This document shows positions 23,498 to 36,800 of a DNA stretch of 64,000 bases, piece after piece (positions within the stretch are counted from its first letter, which is position 1; every line of letters begins with the position of its first letter). The notes under the pieces were generated by a model. The model searched no databases. It had not been told where the DNA came from and worked only from the letters and a program-made list of their open reading frames with translations. Origin of the DNA: Octopus sinensis. Lineage: Eukaryota. The position numbers and the translations under genes were made by a program. Where the stretch lies: assembly GCF_006345805.1 (NCBI RefSeq), contig NC_043007.1, forward strand, positions 18,600,001 to 18,664,000, given 5' to 3'.

Positions 23498-26400
23498 CTG
23501 AGCTAGAACATTCAGCATCTTCATCACCTGCTTCATCAACGGCTTCATCACCTGCTTCATCACCTGCTTCTAAAGAAGAAGAAAGAAGAAAGATTGAAAA
23601 GAAAACAATTGAAGAATAACTTTTACATACCTTCATTTCTTCAGTTCATACCTTACAACAAATGATTTACACACACACACACACACATATATACAGACAC
23701 AGGTATGGCTGTGTGGTTAAGATGCTTTGTTCCTAAACCATATGGTTTTGGGTTCAGTTCCACTGTGTGGCATCTTGGGCAAATCTCTTCTACTATAGCC
23801 CCAGGGCATCCCAAAGCTTTGTGAGTTGATCTGGTAGATGGAAACTGGGAAAAGCCCATAGTGTGTATATGTGTGTGTGTAATTTTACTGTTTATTGTAA
23901 AATTGTTTTTATTATAAAGACATAATACTAAGGTGGTGAGCTGGCAGAATCATTAGCATGCTGGGTGAAATGCTTTGTGGTATTTTGTCTGCCACTACGT
24001 TCTGAGTTCAAATTCCGCCAAAGTCGACTTTGCCTTTCATCCTTTTTTGGTTAATGAAATAAGTACCAGTTACAGACTGGGGTCGGTATAATCGACTTAA
24101 TCCATTTGTCTGTCCTTGTTTGTCCTCTCTGTGTTTAGCCCCTTGTGGGTAGTAAAGAAATAGGTATTTTGTCTGTCTTCATGTTCTGAGTTCAAATTCC
24201 ATTGAGGTTGACTTATCCTTTCAGTGTTGATAAATTAAGTACCAGCAAAACACTGGGGTCGATATAATCGACTAATCCTCTCCCCCAAAATGGCTAACCT
24301 TATGGCAAAATTTGAAATCATTATTCTTTTATTTGTTTCAGTCATTTGACTGTGGCCACCTTTAGTAGAACAAATTCACTTATTCTTTGTAAGCCTACTA
24401 CTTATTTTATTGGACTCTTTTGCGGAACCACTAAGTGACGGGGACGTAAACATACCAGCATTGGTTGTCAAGCAATGGTGGAGGGGACAAACACAAACAC
24501 ACACACACACACATTCTTTTAGTTGTTTCAGTCACTTGATTGTGGCCATGCTGGAGCACTGCCTTTAGTCGAGCAAATCAACCCCAGGACTTATTCTTTG
24601 TAAGCCTAGTACTTATTCTATCGGCTTTTTTACCGAACTGCTAAGTTACAGGAACGTAAACACACTACCACTGGTTGTCAAGTGATGTTGGAGGTGGGGG
24701 ACAAACACAGACACACATATATACATATACATATATACGACGGGCTTCTTTCAGTTTCCGTCTACCAAATCCACTCACAAGGCTTTGGTCGGCCCAAGGC
24801 TATTGTAGAAGACACTTGCCCAAGGTGCTACGCAGTGGGACTGAACCCAGAACCATGTGGTTGGGAAGCAAGCTACTTACCACACAGCCACTCCTGTGCC
24901 AACGACATAAAGCAAACAAATATGTGTGTACGATTTTTTTTTCAGTTTAATTTAAGTTCTTTTTAAGAGAGTTCAAGCTGGTCACTAACAAGGTGACAAG
25001 ACTTTGAGTTAAGAGAGTTCCTGGTGTTGATATGTAGTTGAGTTGGTATGTTGGTTGAGTTGGTATGTTGGTTGAGTTGGTATGTTGGTTGAGTTGGTAT
25101 GTTGGTTGAGTTGGTATGTTGGTTGAGCTGTCAATACATACACCCTAGTATGTGTATCTATTCATCTAAAGAATCTCAGAGAATTTTTGTTATGTCTTAC
25201 AAAATATTAGCCATCTTACTAACTATAACTCTGAGCACCTTTTCAAATTCCACCCGTCTAACACCCGTGGACATGTTTACAAAGTCAGAAAACAGCACAG
25301 CTCCCATGACTTTTAGAAACATTTTTTTCATGCTAAGAGTTGCTGAAGCATGGAACAGACTGCCGGCATCAGTTGTTAGTTGTCGAAGCACTGCATCCTT
25401 CAAAACTTCCATGCTTCCTGAGATTCGCCAACACTACACCTGATTTTCTCCCCTCCATACACACACAAGCATGTATCTGACTCATACACTGTTCGCTTTC
25501 CAGACATTTGTACATTACTGCATATACTTTATACGCAGTTTCTGATAAGTTGTGGTGCACCTGAGCACTGTATACAATAATTCCATTATTATTGTATTAT
25601 TGTATTATTTTTAAATAAGTCTATTTTTTATTAAACATGAGTAGTCTGGGAACGTTTTAATACCACCTCATAGTAGATATAAACACACACAAACACAAAC
25701 ACACATACATATGATGGGCTTCTTTCAGTTTCTGTCTCACAAATGTGGAATTGGAAGCACTCCGTCGGTTACGACGATGAGGGTTCCGGTTGATCCGAAT
25801 CAACGGAACAGCCTGCTCGTGAAAATTAACGTGTAAGTGGCTGAGCACTCCACAGACACACGTGCACCCTTAACGTAGTTCTCGGGGATATTCAGCATGA
25901 CACAGAGAGTGACAAGGCCGGCCCTTTGAAATACAGGTACAACAGAAACAGGAAGTAAGAGTGAGAGAAAGTTGTGGTGAAAGAGTACAGCAGGGATCAC
26001 CACCATCCCCTGCCGGAGCCTCGTGGAGCTTTTAGGTGTTTTCGCTCACAACGCCCGGTCTGGGAATCGAAACCGCGATCCTATGACTGCGAGTCCGCTG
26101 CCCTAACCACTGGGCCATCGCGCCTACACTCACAAATGTACTCACAAAGCTTTGGTGAGCTCAAGGCTATAGCTGAAGATACTTGCCCAAGGTGCCACAC
26201 AGTGGGACTGAACTACAGGGTTGCAAAGCAAACATCTTAACCACACAACAATATCAGAGTAGATATTTACTTAATGAAAAAGTAAGCACTGTTCTAATAA
26301 AGTCCATACCTTCCTCTTCCGCTTCCTCTTCCTTCAATGGCTCTAATTCTGTTGCTGAAGTTGCTTCAACTTCTTCCTGAGAAGTACAAACCTCAGTTTC

Positions 26401-28694
26401 GTCAACGCTCACAGGAGTTTGTAAAAGATTTTGATCTTCTTCACTTACAACCGCTCCTTCTACTTCTTCCTCTGATATCTCAGACCCTTGTGTCAAAGCA
26501 GATCCAGTTTCACTCATCACATCAGTTTCAGATTTTGCTAACTGATCAGCCTCATCAGTTAATGCATCATCAGGCAACTCAACATCTTCATCCTGAGCTA
26601 ATTCAGGTACATCCTCTGCAAACAAAAGTCCAGAACAGTATGTCTATTATAATACAAACTTTAACATTAATTAAAAGGAATAACATTTGAAAAAAATAAA
26701 AATGGAAAAACATTCTTTTCAGTATTAGTAATAAGAGAAAATATAAACATGTAGAAGTAATAGTATTATTATTATTATCATTACTACTAAGGCAGTGAGC
26801 TAGCAGAACTGTTAGCACACCAGGCAAAATGCTTACTCTTTTACTTGTTTCAGTCATCTGACTGCGGCCATGCTGGAGCACCGCCTTTAGTCGAGGAAAT
26901 CGACCCAAACACTTATTCTTTGTAAGCCTAGTACTTATTCTATTGGCCTCTTTTGCCAAACTGCTAAGTGACGGGGACGTAAACACACTAGCATCAGTTG
27001 TCAAGCGATGTTGGTGGTGACAAACACAGACATACAAACACACACACACACACACACATATATATACATACACATATATATGATGGGCTTCGTTCAGTTT
27101 CCATCTACCAAATCCACTCACAAGGCTTTGGTCGGCCCGAGGCTATAGCAGAAGACACTTGCCCAAGGTGCCACTCAGTGGGACTGAACCCAGAACCATG
27201 TGGTTTGCAATCAAGCTACTTACCACACAGTCACTCCTGCTTGTTAATATTTTGTCTGTCTTTATGTTCTGAGTTCAAATTCTGCTGAGGTCAACTTTGT
27301 CTTTCATCCTTTTGGGATCAGTGAAATAAGTACCAGTTACGCACTGGGGTTGACTAGACCCCCACCCCAAGATTTCAGGCCTTGTGCCTTTAGTATTTAT
27401 TGGTGGTAGTAGTAGTGGTGGTGGTGGTAGTAATAGTAGAAATAGGGGCAATTGCTGCCATGCAATTACATAGCACTAGAATAATGAATTTAATGAATTG
27501 GTCAAAATATGAAATAGACAAATTAGATAGAAAATAATAATAATAATAATAATAATAAAAACTAACCTAGCTATATATGAAGTTGTTTTTACATGAAACG
27601 TGAAATCTAAGAGGAAGACTGCTGACTGGGAGAATGGAGAGCATAGGTCAGCTGACCTTGTACAAATTAAAACAAAAAAAAGTAGTTAAATATACAGTAG
27701 CAGAATAAGATGTGGAATCATTAGCACATGAGATAAAATGCTTAGTGGCATGTCTTCTAGCTCTTTACATTCTGAGTTCAAATCCTGCTGAGGTCAACTT
27801 TGCCTTTAATCCCTTTAGAGTCAAGTATCAGTAAATTACAGGGGATTGGTAAAACTAACTTAGCTCTGACCTGCTTCAAAATGGCTGGTCTTGAACCCTG
27901 AAATGTATGGGTGTCCCTTTCAGGGGGAGTGTTGTGATATTGGTTATTTCACACTCATTGCTGCTGGGTACTCTGTCAGTTGTGACGACGAGTGTCCCAG
28001 TTGAGTTGATCAATGGAAGAACCTGACCAAGAAATTAATCTGCAGGTGACTGAGCAGTTTGCAGGCATGCTTACCCTTAATGTAGTTCTCAGGGAGATTC
28101 ATCATGACACATCATCATGCCCTTGTGCCAGTGGCATGTAAAAAGCACCCACTACACTCACGGAGTGGTTGGCGTTAGGAAGGGCATCCAGCTGTAGAAA
28201 CACTGCCAGATCAGACTGGAGCCTGGTGCAGCTTCCTGGCTTCCCAGACCCCGGTCAAACTGTCCAGCCCATGCCAGCATGGAAAGCGGACCTTAAATGA
28301 TGATGATGATGATGGTGATGATTGTCTGAAGTGCTACACAGTGGGACCAAACATCTTACCATGCTGCCATGCCAATACCTTATTGCTATCAGAACTGGAT
28401 AAACATACAGACCATGATTATCACTGAGACGAAGGCAGGATTAGCAGGCTTAGCTCTAAATACATAAGGAATTATATTATGCGAAAATATGATGTAGCAG
28501 TTAAGATAAGGCAAGTTCCAATCATTACCAAAAGTCACTAAGCCCTGAATGTTACCTTCACCTTCTTCATCCCCTTCCTGACTGCCTTCGCCATCATCTT
28601 GCTGAATGTTACTTTCACTTTGGTCTGCATTCTCATCTTCGCCTACGTTTGTCTCCTCTTCTTGCTCAATATTACCTGAATTGGGATCAGCCAT
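23498..28694 (-). CDS. Acidic gene, 5'-partial duplicate (copy B): exons 28694-28556, 26615-26310, 23569-23498; putative UTR exons ~31025-30985 and 29097-29038
   Basis: MADPNSGNIEQEEETNVGEDENADQSESNIQQDD.../EDVPELAQDEDVELPDD.../EAGDEAGDEAVDEAGDEDAECSSS. Frame open, splice sites intact, ends at the duplication junction. Confidence 0.65.
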
Positions 28695-29747
28695 TGTAAT
28701 ATTATCTAGAGAGAAATGATAAAATAAAATAAAATAGAATTTTGTAAGTATTTGTACTGTCCGACTTCAATGGTACTGTCGCACCCGTTCTCTTATAGCA
28801 GGTGAAATGTGGGCTGCTACAAAGAGGGAAGAACATTGGCTACAACACAAATGGCCAGGAAGAGAAGAGCCATGCAAGAATATATCCAAAATGAATTAAT
28901 TCAAGAATGGATCATGGCTTGCACTGAGTTCACTGCAGAAAATTTCTGCCTACAACTTTCCTACATATTGAGCAAAGCCATTTTCCCGAAGGAAGTAGAA
29001 TTTTGTCTGTTCTCTTGCTATCTAGAACTTTACCTACCTGGGGTTAAATCATACTAACAACACTTTGAGAAGATACTTCTTTGGGAATTTTAAGGTGCTA
29101 TTTATAAGATATATAGAGCTTTGAAATGACTTTTAAACGTTTAAAAGAAAAATCAAAATATATAAAGTAGAAAAAGACATTTTAAACATTTATAAGGAAA
29201 ACGAAAAAGAGTCAATGTTTTAACTTTTAAACATTTCGTATGAGAGATAGAGCGAAATTATAAAAATGAAATTGTTTAAGTGAAAAACGAAACAATTAGA
29301 TGCTTTACGAATCTGGACAAGCGCCTCAAAGATTTGATTTCCACCCTGCGTAACCTTAAAAGACAGAGGAGGAAGGGTGAAGTAAAAAAACTGATTTGAT
29401 TTTAAAAACAATGAAAAGATAGGAAGAAGAATATGTGTATATTTCTATACTCAGAATGTATCTCTGTGAGACCATAGGCTTATAGTGTGCATGGTGGATT
29501 AGCGGAGAATCTTGTCTCTCACAGTGACGGAAGGCCCTTCATCTGGGATGCCAGATGACACATGCTGTGGCACCTCCAGCGGCAGCTTAGTGTTGTCAGC
29601 TACCAACCCAGGCTCCGCTGCTCGTCAGGCTGAGAAAAACAGTCAAACTTTCCGACAGGTTTATGGTCGAACTTGTAACAATGCAGACCTCCAGCACACT
29701 TGGCCCCCGGACCATATCCCTGATTACCGATATCGGGGCGGAGATTA

Positions 29748-30460
29748 TAATAATAATAATTGTGTACAGTGCTCAGGTGCACTACAACTCATCTAAAGTG
29801 CATATATAATCAGGTGTAGTTTCGGCGTGTTTCGGAAAGCATGAGGGTCTTAAAGGATGCAGTGCATGGCAGTCAACAACTGACGCAGGCAGTTTATTCC
29901 ATGCTTCAGCAACTCTGAGCGTGAAAAAATGTTTCCGAAAGTCATGGGAGCTGTATTGTTTTCTGACTTTGTAGCCATGTCCACGTGTGTTAGACACATG
30001 GAGATCAAAAAGGTGTTCAGTGTTGTTGTTGGTGAGGTGGTTGATAATTTTGTGGGTGTTTACCAAGTCCGTCGCCAGACGCCGGAGCTTCAGTGAATCC
30101 ATGCCCAGGGAAACAAGGCGCTCAGAATATGGTAGGTGTCTGATGGATGGTATGCGTTTGGTTGTACGTCTCTGGACAGATTCCAGGAGGTCAATGTTCT
30201 GAGCAAGATAGGGGTTCCAAACTGATGATGCGAATTCCAAGTGTGGTCGTACCATAGCTGTATACAGTTTTAAATAGATGGCTGGAGAGCGGCTAACAAA
30301 AGTCTTGCTGAGTGATGCCAAGACACCCTCGGCCTTCTTGACAATTTTAGAGATATGCTTTGTCCAACGCAAATCACTGCTGACAGTGATGCCTAGGTCA
30401 CGCTCGCAAGAGGATTTCTTGATATCAGTGTTGTGGAGGGAGTATGTGGACGCAGGGTTA
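29748..30460 (-). mobile_element. Young 5'-truncated CR1-clade LINE, specific to unit B
   Basis: ERDLGITVSSDLRWTKHI...LYTAMVRPHLEFASSVWNPYLAQNIDLLESVQRRTTK with an (AAT)n tail; empty site gattgctgtctgc at ~13927 in unit A. Confidence 0.92.
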
Positions 30461-30984
30461 CTGTCTGCAAGTGCGAGCCCCGTGGAGTCAGAGTGGCTAT
30501 TCCAACGCATCTCCCTCGCTATCCTCCGGGACAAAACCTTTTCCATTTTGTCTACTGGTGCCATGAGAAATGTTTCTATATTCTGGGAGGCAAGATTCTC
30601 CGTTAATCCATCACGTATACTATAAGCTTTAGAATGTTTCACAGAGACAACCCCCCCCCCTACAAAATCAGGTACATTTTCTTCTTCCGATCTTCTCAAA
30701 TCTATTTTTCACTTCACTCTTCCACCTTTAAAATGATTTTAAATAAAGTTTGTAATTATTTTAAGTAATCGTATACTTGCCGAAATGTCTATTGGTGCCG
30801 GATAATCTAGGTGAAAGTTGTTGAATGGCTTAACGTGATGTAAACACACCAAAAGTGAAGTCAATAAACAATATAACAAATAAGTCGGTGATAACTAATG
30901 CACTTGGGAGATGGATGAATACCACAACTCCTTGTTTCTATAAGTGTCACGAACAAGGAAATACGAAATTATTCTTTTGATTAC

Positions 30985-31055
30985 CTTGAAAGTGGACAGA
31001 TTCAACTTAACGGTCGGTCAGACAAGCGGAAGTGTAGCCATGACAACCTCGTGCA
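30985..31055 (-). promoter_or_regulatory. Duplicated promoter of acidic gene copy B: ETS + RFX X-box (31034-31047), donor at 30985
   Basis: Same motif block gcggaagtgtagccatgacaac as at 14507-14528. Confidence 0.65.
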
Positions 31056-31544
31056 CTACCTACATGACATTCGTTAGTTCCATTACAGAGCATGAAACCT
31101 ATGAAAGGCCTTTATGTCAACAAATGCTAACTATAATGGTTTATTCTTTTCTTTTTTATTTAATTTTTAAAGACAGTATAGTATTAAAGATTTGGCTGCT
31201 ATTTCCAGCAGATAGTATGTCCATATCATTCTCTCTAGTGTTTAAAATTCCCAAATTATTTGGAAGTGAAGCTAGAATTAATTTTCAGCTTTTTACTTCT
31301 TATTCAAATGGCTGCAAAGAAATAACACAATTGAGATGACAACAGGCATCGACAGGCTAAATGATGAAATAAAACACAGATGCTGGAACTGGATCGGACA
31401 TGTTCTCAGACAAGAATGCAAAAGTGACTTGGTGGCACTGAAGTGGCAGTCTGAAGGGAAAAGAGCAGCAGGGCACCCTAAAACCATATGGTGAAGAAAC
31501 TATTACTACTACTACTACTACTGATGACAATAATAATAATAAAG

Positions 31545-32003
31545 ATGGCCTACAGCAAATATTCTGCTCAATACCACAGATTTGCTTGTCAGTTGTTTGA
31601 CCGTAACCAGTTGAGCATGTCCCTTAGCGGCTGATGATAGGTGCATCTCTGATCACGAGCAGAAGTAGTGGGGGAGCATCATAGCCATGTGTTGAGAGGG
31701 ATTCTTTGAGGTTTGGATAATTCACCTTTGGGAAACGTGGGTGTTTTGTTCAACATCCTTAAGCAACCCTTATTCAGGTACCTTTTGAGCGGGATGGGTT
31801 ACTCAACCAGAAGGAAATTCTAAATGGGCCCCACCTGCAAGATCATGCGCCGTTTATCTTGATATGAGATCACCATGTCGCGCACATATGGTTGTGATGT
31901 ATGTTCCTAGTGTACCCTTATCAGACGGGTAGTTATGATGGGTATACTGGGCTTTGTATATTTTACCCCAGTGTCACTTTGATGGCATGCACTGCTCTCA
32001 CTC
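31545..32003. mobile_element. Unclassified interspersed insertion, specific to unit B, within an (AAT)n run
   Basis: Absent at the paralogous site ~16485; flanked by aataat on both sides. Confidence 0.55.
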
Positions 32004-33385
32004 AATAATAACAATCCTTTCTACTAAAGGCAAAAGGCCTGAAATTTTGTGGGTGGGGACAAGTCAATTACATTGATCCCAGTGTTTCACTGGTAATTAA
32101 TTTATTGACCCCTGAAAGGATAAAAGGCAAAGTCGACCTCGAAGGAATTTGAACTCAGAACGTAGTGACAGGTGAAATACCGATAAGCATTTCGTCCAGT
32201 GTGCCAATGATTCTGCTAGCTCACCACCTTAATAATAATAATAATAATGACGATGATGATGAAAGTCACTTCTGTTGATTTCGGCATGAGAGTATTTGAA
32301 GGAAAAGATTTATAAAATAAAAATAAAAAATAAACAAAAGCTGCATCTATTTGTGATGGATGCATGAATGTAGTTTGGGTCCAGGTATGGATTTTGATAT
32401 GAAGTCATAATGAGGACAATGATGATTTTGATTTTGCCTGGGATTGGACAGATATGTCTGTTAATTGCAGGATATAATTCTCGCATTGTTCTCTTTCTTC
32501 AACTCAAATTGTTTAAATGCATCATGACACATTTTAAACCACTCAGATTGATCAAGGCAATAAGTTCTCCCAAGGTGTTAAGCTAAGCTGTAGGGATTTT
32601 AGTAGTTGTTTCAACTTACCCTTATATCTAAGGATGTGTCTTCTTTAATCCTTGTTGTTATTATTGTCATCAGTAGTAGTAGTAATAGTTTCTTCACCAT
32701 CTGGTTTTAGGGTGCCCTGCTCTAATAAAGGCACAACACTTGAAATTTTGACAGCAGAGGGGAGTTACGTTGAGCCAGTACCCAATTGGTACTTATTTCG
32801 ACTTGCAAAATCGACCTCGGAGGGAATTGAGCTAAGAATGTCATGAGTCAAGAACAGCTGATAGGCGTTTTGTTGAATGTGCTAATAATTCTGTCAACTC
32901 ACTGCTTATATTCTTTGGTTTCAGTCATTTGGCTGTGGCCATGCTGAAGCACCACCTTTAGTTGAGCAAATCAACCCTGGGCCTTATTCTTTGTAAGCCT
33001 AGTACTTATTCTATCGGCCTCTTTTGCTGAACCACTAACTTATGGGGCCGTAAACATACCAGCATCAGTTGTCAAGCGATGTTGGGGGGACAAACACAGA
33101 CACACAAACATATACATATATATACATATGACTGGCTTCTTTCAGTTTCTGTCTACCAAATCCACTCACAAGGCTTTGGTCGGCATGAGGCTAAAGCAGA
33201 AGACACTTGCCCAAGGTGCCACGCAGTGGAACTGAACCGAGAACCATGTGGTTGGTAAGTAAGCTACTTACTAGCACAGCCACTCCTGGCTTTTAATAAT
33301 GAAATAACAAGAATGATGATGATGATGGTACAAACTTCAAAACATCAAGTAACACGAAGATACTGTTTGAACAATTTATTTAAAA

Positions 33386-33813
33386 CTATACACTCTCTTT
33401 TTTGTCCCAATCTTTCATTTTGGTGCTGTCGAGTATGAAGTCATCTTTCAGAAAATTCCAAATCTTTTTCTCAGGTTCAGGCTGAAGTAGATAGATATGG
33501 TGAATATTTATTGTGCAAGTAAATTAACTCAAGGCAAACACAATCAACACAACAACAACAACAACACATGTGGACAGAACCAATGCAGCAACCATCTTAC
33601 AAACAATAACTCTGAACACCTTTTCAAACTCCACCTGTCTAACACCCGTGGACATGTTTACAAAGTCGGAAAACAGCATGCTAAGAGTTGTTGAAGCATG
33701 GAACAAACTGTTATGGGGACGTAAACACACCAGCATTGGTTGTTAAGCGATGTTGGGGGGACAAACACAGACATACAAACATATACACACACACATACAT
33801 ATATATCTATCTA

Positions 33814-33844
<31 letters not shown>

Positions 33845-36800
33845 GACAGGCTTCTTTCATTTTCCATCTACCAAATTCACTCACAAGGCTTTGGTCGGCC
33901 CGAGGCTATAGTAGAAGGTACCACGCAGTGGGACTGAACCCAGAACCATGTGGTTGGTAAGCAAGCTACTTACCACAAAGCCACTCCTACGCCTATGAGT
34001 AGTAGTTTATTTTTAGAATGATATTGTAGGGTAGGTATAAGGGTCTCGATTTGGCCAGTGTGAGCATAAAGCAGGTAAAATATTTTAGTTGGATAAGGCC
34101 AGTTTAAATGCCAAAGTGTTAAGGCATAAGCAGACAGAGCAGTTGCATGGGAGTCTCATGGGTTCAGGGGACCAATTCTGATCTATGTATGCTGTGACTT
34201 GCTGTCAATAAATAGCTACTATAGGGCCCAATGTATTGATTTGCCTGTAGGCCTCATGGATCTAAGGACCCAATTCTCATTTATCAGCATCGCCTTACTG
34301 GCACTTGTGCCGGTGGTACGTGAAAAACAACATTTAAGCGAGGGCGTTGCCAGTGCCGCTGGACTGGCTTCTGTGCAGGTGACACGTAAAAACATTTGAG
34401 CGTGGCCGTTGCCAGTACTGCCTGACTGTCTCTCATGCCGGTGGCACATAAAAGCGCCCCCTACACTCTCAGAGTGGTTGGCGTTAGGAAGGGCATCCAG
34501 CTGTAGAAACTCTGCCAGATCAGATTGGAGCCTAGTGCAGCCATCTGGTTCGCCAGTCCTCAGTCAAATCGTCCAACCCATGTCAGCATGGAAAGCGGAC
34601 GTTAAACAATGATGATGATGATGAAAGCGGTGGTTGGTGTAAAATAGTTTGATTCAGCTCCAAGCATATTAAAGTTCCATAGCCTCATCACAAGAATTTA
34701 GCTTGTGCTCAGGTGAGTCTACAAAACTTTATGTTGTATAGGGCCAAATCAATCTATTTAAAATAACATACACACACACATGCAAACATAACATAACTAA
34801 TGGATAACACAAGTGGGGGACAAGACAATACTCATGAACAAAAGACATAACTAATGGACGATAACATGACTAGGTAACACAAGGGAGAAGAGAAATGACC
34901 AATGGAAGATATACTGTAAATCTTCGAGTATAGTCCGCCCTTGACTATAATACGCAGGGGATTTTTAGGGAGCTGTACCTCTGAAAAATCTAAACCTTGT
35001 GTATAATACGCACCACTTCTCTAACTTGAGTCAAGGAGGTCTATATAACGTCCTTGGTTTGTAAAAATGTATATGGCAACGTCCTTTATTATTATTGTAT
35101 ATATAACATAATGCAAACGTGTAGCTTTTTTGTGCATTTTGTTTGCAGAAAATAAAGAAATAACAATAATAACAACAATAACATTTAATAAATGTTGCTT
35201 ATTGTAAGTTATGGATGATTCTTTTATGACTTCATTGCTTTCAGGCTTAGCTTAAGGTATTTTCGCGACCGACATCACAAAATGCGTCTGAATAAACATT
35301 GCCGGACAGCAAATAGAGACTCGGACATTGCTTAGAAAATAATTTTCATTTTTAACCTCGTATATAGTACACACTAGGGATTTTGACCTTTAAATTTTGG
35401 GAAAAAATTGCGGATTATACTCGAGGATTTACGGTAATTGAGGAACACAAGACATAACTAATGGATAACATGACTAGAGGAGGAGGTGGGATAACTAATA
35501 GATCATATGACTAAGTAAGCAGTGGAATGAGTAGGAGGAAGTAGTCAATTAAGAGCCAAGTTACTGAATTACTTACTTTAATTGTGTCGTCTGGTTGAGA
35601 TGACAAATTAACTTTCGGCATGTTTTGAAGCAGGTGAAAGAATGACATCTGCTCTGTGTTCTCAGAGATTTTCTGTTTTTTCCACTCAGTTGTGTTTATG
35701 GTATTTTCGTTCTCCTCATTCAGTTTCTGTTGTTCCTGTACAGCATTGAATAGCTGGACAATACCTCTGAAAAGAATAAATAAATATGTATATCTCTATA
35801 TATATAAAGCTGAAGTTGTCTGTGTATGGCAGGTTTGGTAGCCTTCAACTAACACTATCTCCTCCGAGACCCTGCAGTGCAAGTTGACCAAAATTGAGAG
35901 TATGATAGAAGAAGGCTTGCTCTTCCTTCCGTAGAAGGAAAAAATTCAAATCGGACCATGTTAACACCAAAAATTATTTACATCAAAAAGTTGTTCTTTT
36001 TCTATGAAAATCCTTATTTTTTACGATTTTTTGACTGCTGTGTCACCATTTTTCAGTGTATTTCAACCAGAAAAATGTTCATTTAAAGAGAATAACAAGT
36101 TACATAATGCAAAATTTTTACTTTTAAAAATTTCCAATTCTAAAGGGTCGAAACAAACCCAAGCAATGCCGGGCGATACTGCTAGTATATATATATAAAG
36201 AGAGAGAGAAAGTGACAAAATGTTGGATAACAGAGCTAATACAACAATAGCAACAAACGTTTTAACCCTTTCGTTACCAAATCGCCCAAAGCCACCCGAA
36301 AAAAATTTTGGTTAATGTGACCAAAGCCGCCCGAATTTACCTATTCATATTTAAATGAGAATATCAGAGCAAATCTCTTTAGTACATTTGTGAAAACACG
36401 TGATTATACTTCGTAAACAGTTCATCTACAGTTTTGTACAACGATCGACGTGTAATTTTAATTCCCTGAATTTTGGGTGATTTTTTTCCACATTTTTTTC
36501 GGCATCGATTTTTCTTCAACTTTGAAAATGGATTGGAGTCTCATGTTATCAAGCATTGATTCCGAATTGGAAAATTTGTGAAGCAAATACTGGGTACTGT
36601 TGTGGATTTAGTTTTTACACAGGGAAACTAATGTTAGTCAGCATGGTTTAGGGTATGATGCAGTCTGGAAGTTATTGTTTGAAGCGATCGATGCGGAAAC
36701 AAACTTATGCAAAATGTAAACAAACACAAAATCAGGGATCAAATTTCGGAAAATTTGTGAAGCAAATACTGGGTACTGTGTGGATTTAGTTTTTATACAG

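Noticed and set aside
29782-30699. 305-aa ORF, the longest in the track
   Set aside because: Chance fusion of antisense CRE relic sequence with a 5'-truncated CR1 ORF2 tail; not a host gene.
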